From Eledone cirrhosa (taxonomy: Eukaryota): a stretch of DNA of 64,000 bases. Of this stretch, positions 28,415 through 39,539 are shown piece after piece. A model generated the notes under the pieces. That model made no database searches and was not told the DNA's origin. It was given only the letters and a program-made list of their open reading frames with translations. How positions within the stretch are numbered: the stretch's first letter is position 1; each line of letters opens with the position of its first letter. The DNA is taken from assembly GCA_964016885.1 (NCBI GenBank), contig OZ024757.1, positions 26,474,001 to 26,538,000 on the forward strand. The letters run 5' to 3'. The translations under genes were made by a program, and so were the position numbers.

Positions 28415-29032
28415 TATACGTGAACAACAAAGCATAAATGAATGGAGAGAGAGACTGAGCATAAGAGGAATCAAATGCTGTGTGCAGGAGAGGCGGTTGC
28501 GCTGGTATGGACATGTGATGCGTATGAAGGATGACAGCTGCATAAAAAGGTGCAGAGCACTAGAAGTCGATGGAAACCGCGGAGTGGGGAGACCCAAGAT
28601 GACCTGGGATGAGGTGATAAAAGCCGACCTTACCCAATTACACCTCTCAAAGGCAATGACACAGGACCGTGACTTCTGGCGTCACGCAGTAATACAGAGT
28701 ACCCGATCTCCCATGGGTACAAGCTGAAGCATATAGACAATATGCCCCCACACCCCCCACCGCAAGGTGGTTGTGGAGGTGCCACGGCAAAAAAGCACCC
28801 AGCCCACACTGTAAAGTGGACGTGTAGGCGCCATGAAAAAGCACCCAACACTCACTGTAAATGAGGTTGGTGTTAGGAAGGGCATCCAGCTGTAGAAATC
28901 AAGCCAAATCAGTTCCTGTATGAGCAAGGCATGGTCAGCCGACCAGACACTGCCCACAACAGGACAACCCGTCTAACCCATGCTAGCGTGGAAGAACGGA
29001 CGTAAAACGGTGATGATGATGATAATGATGAT
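28415..29032 (+). mobile_element. RTE-clade LINE 3' end (ORF C-terminus, 3'UTR, (GAT)n tail)
   Basis: [13 protein letters not shown]...GNRGVGRPKMTWDEVIKADL, stop at 28727; UTR contains ttaggaagggcatccagctgtagaaa. Confidence 0.85.
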
Positions 29033-29130
29033 GATATATATATATATATATATATACATACATACAGAACATACATAAACACCTATATACGTACAGAAAC
29101 ATATATATATATATACACACATAAAAAAAA

Positions 29131-29175
<45 letters not shown>

Positions 29176-29212
29176 CACACACACAAACATATATATATAT
29201 ACACACACAAAC

Positions 29213-29251
<39 letters not shown>

Positions 29252-29281
29252 AACATATATATATATATATATATACACACA

Positions 29282-29323
<42 letters not shown>

Positions 29324-29358
29324 AACATATATATATATATATATATACACACACAAAC

Positions 29359-29413
<55 letters not shown>

Positions 29414-29453
29414 CACACACACAAACATATATATATATATATACACACACACA

Positions 29454-29537
<84 letters not shown>

Positions 29538-29556
29538 CACACACAAGCACACACAT
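29030..29556. repeat. (TA)n/(CA)n compound microsatellite
   Basis: Visible. Confidence 0.95.
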
Positions 29557-29774
29557 ATTTCCCTTTTCATCTCTGTGATGTCAATAATGTCATAGAGGTA
29601 GATGTTGGATTAGCTAGGATACTTTCTATTCCAATGTTTCATCTATGAAAAATGACACTATGAGAGATATAGACAAGAGTAGGCTGAAAACCTCATAGAC
29701 TGACTATGAAGGAGTGATGCTAGAGCTGTGAAATCTTGCATGCATTAATTTCAACTCTTATTATTAATATTAAG

Positions 29775-30395
29775 TATCGGTAGAGGGTCAGACGCCATGC
29801 TTTCAAGCATAGTTACGTCCCTTTACGATCTGAGTTCAAATCCCGCCGAGGTTGACTTTGCCTTTCATCCTTACGGGATCGATAAAATAAAGTACCAGTA
29901 ATGCACTGGATAATTGCTGGCCTTGTGCCTAAAGTAGAAACAATTATTAATAACTGTATTAGAGTAGTGGATTGGCAGTATCGGTAGAGCGTCGGAGGCC
30001 ATGCTTTGCAGTATAGAGTAACGGCCCTTTATGACCTGAGTTCAAATCCCGCCGAGGTTAACTTTGCCTTTCATCCTTATGGGGGTCGATAAAATAAAGT
30101 ACCAGTCACGCACTGGGGTCGATTTAATCGACTTTCTCCTCACCCCAAAATTGACGGCCTTGTGCCTATATAAGAAACCATTATTAATAACTGTATAAAG
30201 GGTGGTAGATTGGCAGTATCGGTAGAGGGTCGGACGCCATGCTTTGACGCATAGAGTTACGTCCCTTTATGGTCTGAGTTCAAATCCAGCCGAGGTTAAC
30301 TTTGCCTTTCATCCTTACGGGGTCGATAAAATAAAGTACCAGTAATACACTGGGATAATTGCTGGCCTTGTGCCAAAAGTAGAAACAATTATTAA
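29775..30395 (+). mobile_element. Three head-to-tail family C SINEs
   Basis: A-box tggcagtatcgg, B-box gagttcaaatcc, Meta-like core; units joined by ttattaataactgtat. Confidence 0.8.
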
Positions 30396-30483
30396 TAACT
30401 GTATTGTTTCTTTCATGGGATTATGTTGAAAAATAAACCTCATTTGGTCATTACATGAACTTTGCAGCTGACCCTCACGTGTG

Positions 30484-30531
<48 letters not shown>

Positions 30532-30567
30532 GTATTAGTATTAGTACTCTGAAATAGTGATGTATAC

Positions 30568-30789
30568 ATGAATGTATGTATAGTATATATGGCAATATAC
30601 CATATGTTTAATTTTGAAACATTTAGGAGACCATACGCTATTAGTTTTAAAGTAGTGACTATGTCACTTACTTTTCACTGAAAAAAGTAAGTGACATAAT
30701 CACTCCTTTAAAACTAATAGCGTATGGTCTCCTAAATGTTTTTAATTAAACATACGGCATATTGCCAAATATACTGTACATACATTCAT
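30568..30789. repeat. Imperfect palindrome (arms ~108 bp), fold-back/MITE-like
   Basis: Arms meet near 30675-30683; a single-arm copy lies at 35388-35495. Confidence 0.8.
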
Positions 30790-31078
30790 ATGATGTACCC
30801 CTTCCATGCACATGCACACATGTGTGTATCATGACTCGTGCACTGTTCATTTTACTGATGTTTGTGCATTGCCCTATGTACTGTACATGCACTTTTTTGA
30901 TGAGTTGTGGTGCACCTGGGCACTGTACACAATATTTAATTATTGTTATTATATCATGACTCGTACACTGTTCATTTTCCTGACATTTGTACATTATTCT
31001 ATGTACTATACATGCACCTTTGATGAGTTGTAGTGCACCTGAGCACTGTACACAATAATTTCATTATTATTATTATTA
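30790..31078 (+). mobile_element. CR1 LINE 3'UTR copy
   Basis: Near-identical to 27491-27770. Confidence 0.8.
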
Positions 31079-31102
31079 TATATATAATTTTAATATAGAA
31101 AT

Positions 31103-31153
31103 GGCTTCTACAGGACTAGAACTGTTTCATTCTAAGGAAATCATCAGGAAAGC
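31103..31153 (-). ncRNA. Candidate type I hammerhead ribozyme in a small fold-back element (31086-31184)
   Basis: Minus strand: gctttc CTGATGA t-ttc-ctta-gaa-t GAAA cag-ttctagtc-ctg TA gaagc. Confidence 0.5.
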
Positions 31154-31389
31154 TTTCCTCTAGAAGCCATTTCTATATTAAATTTGTTGTTTACACTTTA
31201 CTAATGTATTGAGTAATGTTTACAAGTGTGAGGTCTCTATGAAATAGACGAGGGTAGAGTGAGGGCCCTTATAGATTAGCCATAGCTAGAGTCAGGCTTC
31301 TATATGGTTGACCACTGTTGAGTGAGGCCCTTGTATAATATACCAGAGGAGAGCGATGGCTCTGTAGACAGAGCAGGGTAGCAGTGAAA

Positions 31390-32125
31390 GCTCTAAAGAT
31401 TAGAGTAGAGTGAGGCCTCAATATAACAGAGCAGGGTAGAGTAAGGCCTCTGTATAGCAGAACAGGGTAGTGTGAGACCTCTATATAACAGAGCAGGGTA
31501 GCATGAGGCCTCTGTATAACAGAGCAGAGTAGAGTGAGGACTCTGTATAACAGAGCAGGATAACATGAGGCCTCTATATAACAGCAGAGTAGCTTGAGAC
31601 CTCTGTATAACAGCAGGGTAGCATGAGGCCTCTGTATAACAGAGCAGGGTAGCATGAGACCTCTGTATAACAGCAGGGTAGCATGAGGCCTCTGTATAAC
31701 AGAGCAGGGTAGCATGAGCCCTCTGTATAACAGAGCAGGGTAGCATGACACCTCTGTATAACCAAACAGGGTAGAGTGAGGCCTCTATATAACAGCAGGG
31801 TAGTGTGAGGCCTCTATATAACAGAGCAAGGTAGCATGAGGCCTCTATATAACAGAGCAGGGTAGAGTGAGGCATCTATATAACAGCAGGGTAGCTTGAG
31901 ACCTCTGTATAACAGAGCAGGGTAGTGTGAGGCCTCTATATAATAGCAGGGTAGCTTGAGACCTCTGTATAACAGAGCAGGGTAGTGTGAGGCCTCTATC
32001 TAACAGAGCAGGGTAGCATGAGGTCTCTATGTAACAGATCAGGGTGCATGAGGCCTCTATCTAACAGAGCAGGGTAGCATGAGGTCTCTATGTAACAGAG
32101 CAAGGAAGCATGAGGCCTCTATACC
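31390..32125. repeat. 29/31-bp minisatellite gaggcctctgtataaca(ga)gcagggtagcat
   Basis: Tandem units with decayed copies at 31225-31390 and 33180-33440. Confidence 0.9.
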
Positions 32126-32552
32126 AGCATTTTCTCAACCTTTTTACCCTTGTGGAATCCTTGAAATAGTTTTCATGTCTCAGGGAACCCCTGCATAAAA
32201 ATTATTATACACCATTATTGATATCTATCTCTTTTATATTTTTATCATAGTTCATGTAAACAATATATTATTTTGATAACTGGCTTAAAGAAGAAATGGC
32301 CCCCATTTTTGTCGAATTTATTGTCAATGCAAGAAAAAAATCATGGTTGTTTGTGTATTTTACCGGCAGTGTAGCGATGGGTAACAACCTAGTTTTAAAT
32401 AATATAAGGGGTTGAAGCCTTTATTATAATAACTAAGGATTATCCAACAATATGCCGTATGTGTATAATAAAGTTACAAATATAAAATTAAACAAAAAAC
32501 TCTAAAATATGCATTAATTTATTTATCACTCTTTCTCACGGAACCCTGGGAA
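32126..32552. mobile_element. hAT (Charlie-like) non-autonomous fragment
   Basis: End motif cagcattttctcaaccttttt and repeated ggaaccc subterminal motifs; second TIR not seen. Confidence 0.45.
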
Positions 32553-32554
32553 CA

Positions 32555-33170
32555 TCATCATCATCATCATCATCAGGTTTAGCGTCCGTGTTCCACGCTT
32601 GCATGGGTTTGGACGGGGGTTTTCCCACTTGAGGCAAGAGTGGTTGTCTTGCTCGCATAGGACTGTCTGGCGGGTTTTCTACAGTTGGATGCCCTTCCTA
32701 ACACCAACCACATTTACAGTGTGGGGCTGGGAGGTTTTTACCGTGTTGCCTACACGGCCACATTACAGCGTGGACTGTCTGGCGGGTTTTCTACAGCCGG
32801 ATGCCCTTCCTAACACCAACCACATTTACAGTGTGGGGCTGGGAGGTTTTTACCGTGTTGCCTACACGGCCACATTTATAGCGTGGACTGTGTGTTTTTT
32901 GTCGTGACACCTACACGATCTCATTTGTTTCGGCCTGGATGTTGTGGGACCAACATAACTTTGCATTGAAAGGGGCGGTGTGGGTGGGGTGGAGGTGGTG
33001 GGACGGGGGTGTGTTTTGATAGAGATGCCTACTGACTGTAGTAGGTTTTTACTTTGTATTTAGGTAAGGGGGGTCTTCTCTATTACTGAGTACCGCCAAA
33101 GGTCTCGGTCCAGTGACATTGTCTTGGAGAGGTGTAAGCGTGTGAGGTCGGAATTTATCAGCTCGTCCTG
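32555..33170 (-). mobile_element. RTE LINE 3' end (ORF tail plus 3'UTR)
   Basis: Minus strand DELINSDLTRLHLSKTMSLDRDLWR, then the UTR and (GAT)n; same subfamily as 53975-54495 and 58916-59440. Confidence 0.75.
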
Positions 33171-34199
33171 GTTGATAAATGCTGCTCTATATTATAGCGC
33201 AAGGTTGAGTAAGGTCTTTGTATAATAGAGCAAGGAGAGTGAGGCCCCTATAAAAGCAAAGTAGAGTTAGACTTTAATATAGTAGTTGTAGTGCACCTGA
33301 GCACTGTACACAGTAATTTCATTATTATTATAAGAGAACATGGTAGATTTAGGCCTCTATATGTTAAAACAAGGTAGAATGAAGCCCCTATACAATAGAA
33401 CAGGGTGAAGTGAGGCCCCTATATAATAGGGCAGGGTAGCAAAAACATCACATACTCCAACATGACCATCTCCTGATCATATTACTGGGTTTGTGCTTAA
33501 ATAAGAAACCATTATTAAAATGATATTTCAAACTTAGTTTAACGAAGGTTCTTATATAAAATTATGATGGAAAGTTTTTATATAAATATAAACACTTAAA
33601 ATAAACAGTTTTGTATAGTAGAACTGGGGTGATTTCAGGTGGTTTGGTATCAAAAGGGTTCATACAATTTTTTAATTTGTACATGTTTTAGATTAACTCT
33701 TAACATCCTGTATTAATTTAGCAGAAAATGTCTAAAAACTGGTTTATTAACTCAAATGTTTCTAAAATTATATTGTTATATTTGGGGAGGATCATGTTGT
33801 TATAATATTGCCAGAAAAATATAGTAAAACACTCACTGTTTGATTTGGTTTTCACTTCAGTATATTTTTTTTTTTTTTTAAATATATTTGTCAATCCAAA
33901 TGTTTATAGTAAATTTATTAGTATGTGTAAACAAATCATTGCGAAAATTTACAGTATTATCTCTTAACATCCTGTAATGATATAGCAGAAAATATTTAAA
34001 AACTGGTTTGTTTATTTAAATGTTTATAGTAACTTTATTAGTATATGTAAACAGTTTATTGTGAATGAAAATTTACAGTATTATCGTTTAACATTCTGAA
34101 ATGATTTAGCAGAAAATATTTTAAAACAAATTTTGTCAATTCAAATATTTATAGTATCTTTATTAGTGGACATATCACTGGGAAAATTTGCAGTACAGT

Positions 34200-34400
34200 T
34201 TGTTCGTTTTTTAAGCGAACTTGAAGTGCACAAATTCTCTTGAAAAAATATTATTAAATATTCACTTTGCGCGAAAAACTCGCTATAACGTGTGGCTTTT
34301 AATTTTTTTATTTATCAGAAATATTAGATTTGAATTACGCGAATTTGCTTTACGCGCCGCGTTTACAAATGCATCTTCACGTAAAAACATCTTCACTGTA
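34200..34400. promoter_or_regulatory. Small CpG-retaining island with E2F-like sites
   Basis: tttgcgcgaaaa near 34266, ttacgcgaa, tttacgcgccgcg and TTTGAA within very AT-rich flanks. Confidence 0.3.
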
Positions 34401-34771
34401 TTAAAGTAAAGGATTTAATCTTTTATGTGAGGCAATCATAATGAGTGTTTTGTACTTTTATGAGGTTTCATGTGGTACAGGATGTAAAAAGTTATGTAGT
34501 GCCCATAATCAAGAGAAGATTTATATTTTTGTTTTTATATTCCACAGATGTGGGGATAGTTGTATGGTTAAGGAGTTCACTTAAGGAGCAACAACATGGT
34601 TAAGGGAGTTCAGTGCCCCAGTGTGGTACCTTGGGTAAGTATCTTCTTTTATAGCATCAGATTGACCAATGCCTTGCTTGTGTGTGAAATTTGGTAGACA
34701 GAAACTGCGTAGAAACCTGATATATATGTATATATTTATTTATATACATCATATGTATATATATATATGTC

Positions 34772-34809
<38 letters not shown>

Positions 34810-34813
<4 letters not shown>

Positions 34814-35130
34814 TAGAGCATTGACCTTGCAATCGAAAGGTTGTGAGTTCAATTCTCAGACCGGGTGATGTGTTGTTTCCTTGAGCAAGACACTTTGTTT
34901 CACATTGCTCCAGTTTACTCAGCTGTAGAAATGAGATAATAGGGACTGGGGTCCCTATCATTCTACTGCAAAGTGGTCGTGGACGTGCCACGGCAAAAAA
35001 GCACCCAGCCCACACTGTAAATGAGGTTGGTGTTAGGAAGGGCATCCAGCTGTAGAAATCAAGCCAGAATCAGTTCCCGTTCCACCTTTGCAAGCAGGAA
35101 AAAAGCGGACGTAAAATGAAATGATGATGA
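34810..35130 (+). mobile_element. Family A SINE
   Basis: Near-identical to the 3121, 10070 and 24945 copies. Confidence 0.85.
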
Positions 35131-35949
35131 TATATATATATATGTATGTCATGTATTTATTTGTGTGTATATATATATATATACAAAATTTAGTACAGCA
35201 TCAACGAAGCCATGGTTGCAGCCAAGCTAACGAATGCAGTTTCGGTGTGCAGCTAAGCACTCGATAGGGTATATAACCCTAGAGTTATACCATTACGTTT
35301 AGACAGCTTTGCAAAGTGAATACAGCAACCGATAGAAGGGCCGCAGTGACCATAGCGACGAAAAAGACTGAACTCAGGAAAAATTTAAATGTATGTACAG
35401 TATATTTGGCAATATACTGTATGTTTAATTAAAAACATTTAGAAGACCATTTGCTATGAGTTTTAAAGTAGTAACTATGTCACTTACTTATTCTCGGCAA
35501 AAACAATGTCATATATACACATATATATATATATGCCATGTATGTATAATATATATGTATATATATATTTTTTTAATATGTTATGTGTTTATATATATGT
35601 GTGAGTGTATGTTTACATTTTTTGTTTGGTTATTTTATCTGGTAACTTAGCAGTTTGACAAATAGAGCTAGAGAAAATAAGTTCTAGGCTTTTTGATCCC
35701 TGGACTGGGTGACACATTCTGTTCTTGAGCAAGATACTTTATGTGACAAAGCTGACAACACTTTGAATTATAAGTACAATTCATTTTTTCCAGTTGAGTG
35801 GACTGGAGCAATGTGAAATAAAGTGTCTTGTTCGAGGACAAAACATGCTCCTGGGAATCGAACTTGTGACCTAATGTTTGCAAGACAAACACCTAAACCA
35901 CTAAGACATGTTGTGTAAAAGAGATTTTTGCTTGTATAAGAATCACTGG

Positions 35950-36180
35950 ACAGATTTTATGGGCAAAACCAACTCTGGCAGGAGACCCAGGGGTAGACCC
36001 CGAGCAACATGGTTGGATGACATCAATAAGCTTGGCTGGTCACACTTGGGGATCCAGCCGGATTGGTTGGAAATACTTGCTTCTGACAGGACCCGCTGGA
36101 AGGAGTGTTTGAGGACTCAGCCCCCACAACCCTCTCAGGATTAAGTGGACGACGAAGAAGAAGAAGAAGAAGAAGGAGAT
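35950..36180 (+). mobile_element. RTE-like LINE 3' end
   Basis: GRRPRGRPRATWLDDI...ASDRTRWKECL, stop at 36144, (GAA)n tail. Confidence 0.75.
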
Positions 36181-36536
36181 AAGTATATTGAATGGACATT
36201 TCTCTGCAGTAAAAGAAAGCAATATGTCTTTATGTATTTTAATCATAAGCTAAATACCCTAACTTTTAAGCCATGGTACCATAATAACAACAACTATAAC
36301 AAATGCCAGGTTTTGTGAGGTACCAATTTACATCCTCTGTCTGACTATACCTCCTATGATAAATACACCACTGTGTATCATATCTGGCCAGAGGGAGTCT
36401 CAACAGTAACTTGACCTGCTAGAAATAGCAGCCAAGTCTTTCTAAAATTCACATTCTACCATTTTTATGCAAAAGAAAAAGTCACTTTAGATAATATAGT
36501 CCTAGATATAGTATAGTCCTAAGTCTGTTAGGTTAA

Positions 36537-36756
36537 CCCTATTGCATTTACATTACTCTATATTTACTATTATATTTTCATCGCAAACACTTTATCTCAG
36601 ATAATTATCTCTCATAATATCGAATCTATGAGATTTTGATATTATTTATTTTGAGAACAATACCTTAACATCAGTATGAGTGGTCAGTTACGGCCAGTTT
36701 GAACAGAAAAAGTGAGAGAATTCTGGCTGAATACGGCCAGTTTAAATGCTAAAGGG
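36537..36756 (-). mobile_element. piggyBac-like MITE
   Basis: TTAA-ccctattgcattt ... aaatgctaaaggg-TTAC. Confidence 0.75.
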
Positions 36757-36839
36757 TTACGGCTGACCTGCCTGGGATTAATCAATGGCAAAAACAGTCA
36801 CAGCTGAATTTCCCCCCCCCCCCGGGGGGGGGGGGGTTA

Positions 36840-37930
36840 ACAACAACAACAAAAGTCACAGCTGACTAGGGTCATAACAACAACAGGTCCTTCTGACTGA
36901 GGCTACACAACAAAAACCGGCCCAGCTGACTGAGTCTACATAACAACAGACAAGGACAACACAACAACTGCAACCATGACTGACCAAATACACAACAGCA
37001 ACAACAGTTACAACTGACCAGGGTCATTACAACAACAACAGTAACTATTAACCAGGGCCACATGAACAACAACAGTCACAACTGACCAGAGGCTAAACAA
37101 CAACAACAGTCACATCTGACTAGAGCCTTACAACAACAACAGTCACAACTGACCAGAGGCTAAACAACAACAACAACAGTCACATCTGACTATAGCCTTA
37201 CAACAACAACAGTCACAACTGACCAGAGGCTAAACAACAACAACAGTCACATCTGACTAGAGCCTTACAACAACAACAGTCACAACTGACCAGAGGCTAA
37301 ACAACAACAACAGTCACATCTGACTATAGCCTTACAACAACAACAGTCACAACTGACCAGAGGCTAAACAACAACAACAGTCACATCTGACTAGAGCCTT
37401 ACAACAACAACAACAGTCACATCTGACTAGAGCCTTACAACAACAACAGTCACAACTGACCAGAGGCTAAACAACAACAACAACAGTCACAACTGACCAG
37501 AGGCTAAACAACAACAACAGTCACATCTGACTAGAGCCTTACAACAACAGTCACAACCGACCAGAGGCTAAACAACAACAACAGTCACATCTGACTAGAG
37601 CCTTACAACAACATTCACAACCGACCAGAGGCTAAACAACAACAAGAGTCACATCTGACTAGAGCCTTACAACAACAACAAGTCACAACCGACCAGAGGC
37701 TAAACAACAACAGTCACATCTGACTAGAGCCTTACAACAACAACAACAGTCACATCTGACCAGAGGCTAAACAACAACAACAGTCACATCTGACTAGAGC
37801 CTTACAACAACAACAACAACAGTCACAACCGACCAGAGGCTAAACAACAGTCACAACCGACCAGGGGTTAAACAACAACAACAACAACAGTCACAACTGA
37901 TCAGACCCTTACAACAACTGACCAGGGCCA
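36840..37930. repeat. (CAA)n-based minisatellite with two alternating ~34-bp monomers
   Basis: cagtcacaactgaccagaggctaaa alternates with cagtcacatctgactagagcctta. Confidence 0.9.
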
Positions 37931-38129
37931 CACAACTGGCAGAGTCCACTCCCCTCCAGGTCTAAACACAGCTGATTACTTCCAGTGAAAGTGACAGAGA
38001 GAGAGAGAGAGAGAGAGATAAGAGAAGAATCGGCCCCAATATGTAACTGGTATTTTATTTACCGACCTCTGACCTTGGTGGGATTTGAACCCAGAGTACA
38101 GAGAACCAGAACAGATACCAGAATGTTGT

Positions 38130-39398
38130 TGTTGACGATGATGATGATGGTTGTGATGGTGGACATTGTAGTATTGGTGGTGGTAATGATTGTCGTGATG
38201 GCGATGGTGGAGGTGTTGGTGATGATGGTTGCAGTGGTGGTGGTAATAATTGTTGTGATGGTGATGGTGGTGGTGGTGGTGGTGGTGGTGGAGGTGTTGG
38301 TGATGATGGTTGCAGTGGTGGTGGTAATAATTGTTATGATGGTGATGGTGGTGGCCATAGTTTTGTTGTAATAGTGGTGGTAGTGGTAATGATTGTTTTG
38401 ATGGTGGTGGTGGTGGTGATGGTGATGGTGGTGGTGATGGTGGTGGTGGTGGTGGTGGAGGTGTTGGTGATGATGGTTGCAGTGGTGGTGGTAATAATTG
38501 TTGTGATGGTGATGGTGGTGGCCATAGTTTTGTTGTAATAGTGGTGGTAGTGGTAATGATTGTTATGATGGTGGTGGTGGTGGTGATGGTGATGGTGGTG
38601 GTGGTGGAGGTGTTGGTGATGATGGTTGCAGTGGTGGTGGTAATAATTGTTGTGATGGTGATGGTGATGGCCATAGTTTTAGTTTTGTTGTAATAGTGGT
38701 GGTAGTGGTAATGATTGTTATGATGGTGGTAGTGATGGTGATGGTGGTGGTGGTGGTGGTGGTGGTGGTGGTGGTGGAGGTGTTGGTGGTGATGGTTGCA
38801 GTGGTGGTGGTGGTGGTGGTGATGGTAATGGTGGTGGTGGTGATGGTGGTGGTGATGGTGGTGGTGGTGGTGGTGGTGGTGGTGATGGTGGTGGTGATGG
38901 AGATGGTGATGGTGGTGGTAGTGATGGTGGTGGTGGTGGTGGTGGTGGTGGTGGTGGTGGTGGTGGTGGCGGTGGTGAAGGTGTTGGTGATGATGGTTGC
39001 AGTGGTGGTGGTAATAATTGTTGTGATGGTGATGGTGATAGTTTTAGTTTTGTTGTAATAGTGGTGGTAGTGGTAATGATTGTTATGATGGTGGTGGTGG
39101 TGGTGGAGGTGTTGGTGGTGATGGTGATGATGGTGGTGGTGATGGTGGTGGTGATGGTGGTGGTGGTGGTGGTGGAGGTGTTGGTGATGATGGTTGCAGT
39201 GGTGGTGATAATAAATGTTGTGATGGTGATGGTGATGGCCATAGTTTTAGTTTTGTTGTAATAGTGGTGGTAGTGGTAATGATTGTTATGATGGTGGTGG
39301 TGGTGGGGGAGGTGTTGGTGGTGGTGGTGGTGATGGTGGTGGTGGTGATGGTGATGGTGGTGGTGATGGTGATGATGGTGGTGGTGATGGTGGTGGTA
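38130..39398. repeat. GGT/GAT low-complexity region with ~150-190 bp higher-order duplications
   Basis: Recurring ggaggtgttggtgatgatggttgcagtgg and gccatagttttgttgtaatag. Confidence 0.9.
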
Positions 39399-39539
39399 CA
39401 TTTCAGGAAGATAGAGAGAAAATGTACACAGAATAAACAGGAAAGCAGTGTTACAACAACAACAACAACAACAAGCATTATCTGTGTTGTTGTCGAAAAC
39501 TGTTTACTGGTTGCTAAGTCACTTATCAACTGATTGCTA

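Noticed and set aside
35215-35295. Hammerhead-like motif on minus (ctatcga gtgc..gcac accgaaa)
   Set aside because: Core too degenerate and no matching stem I.
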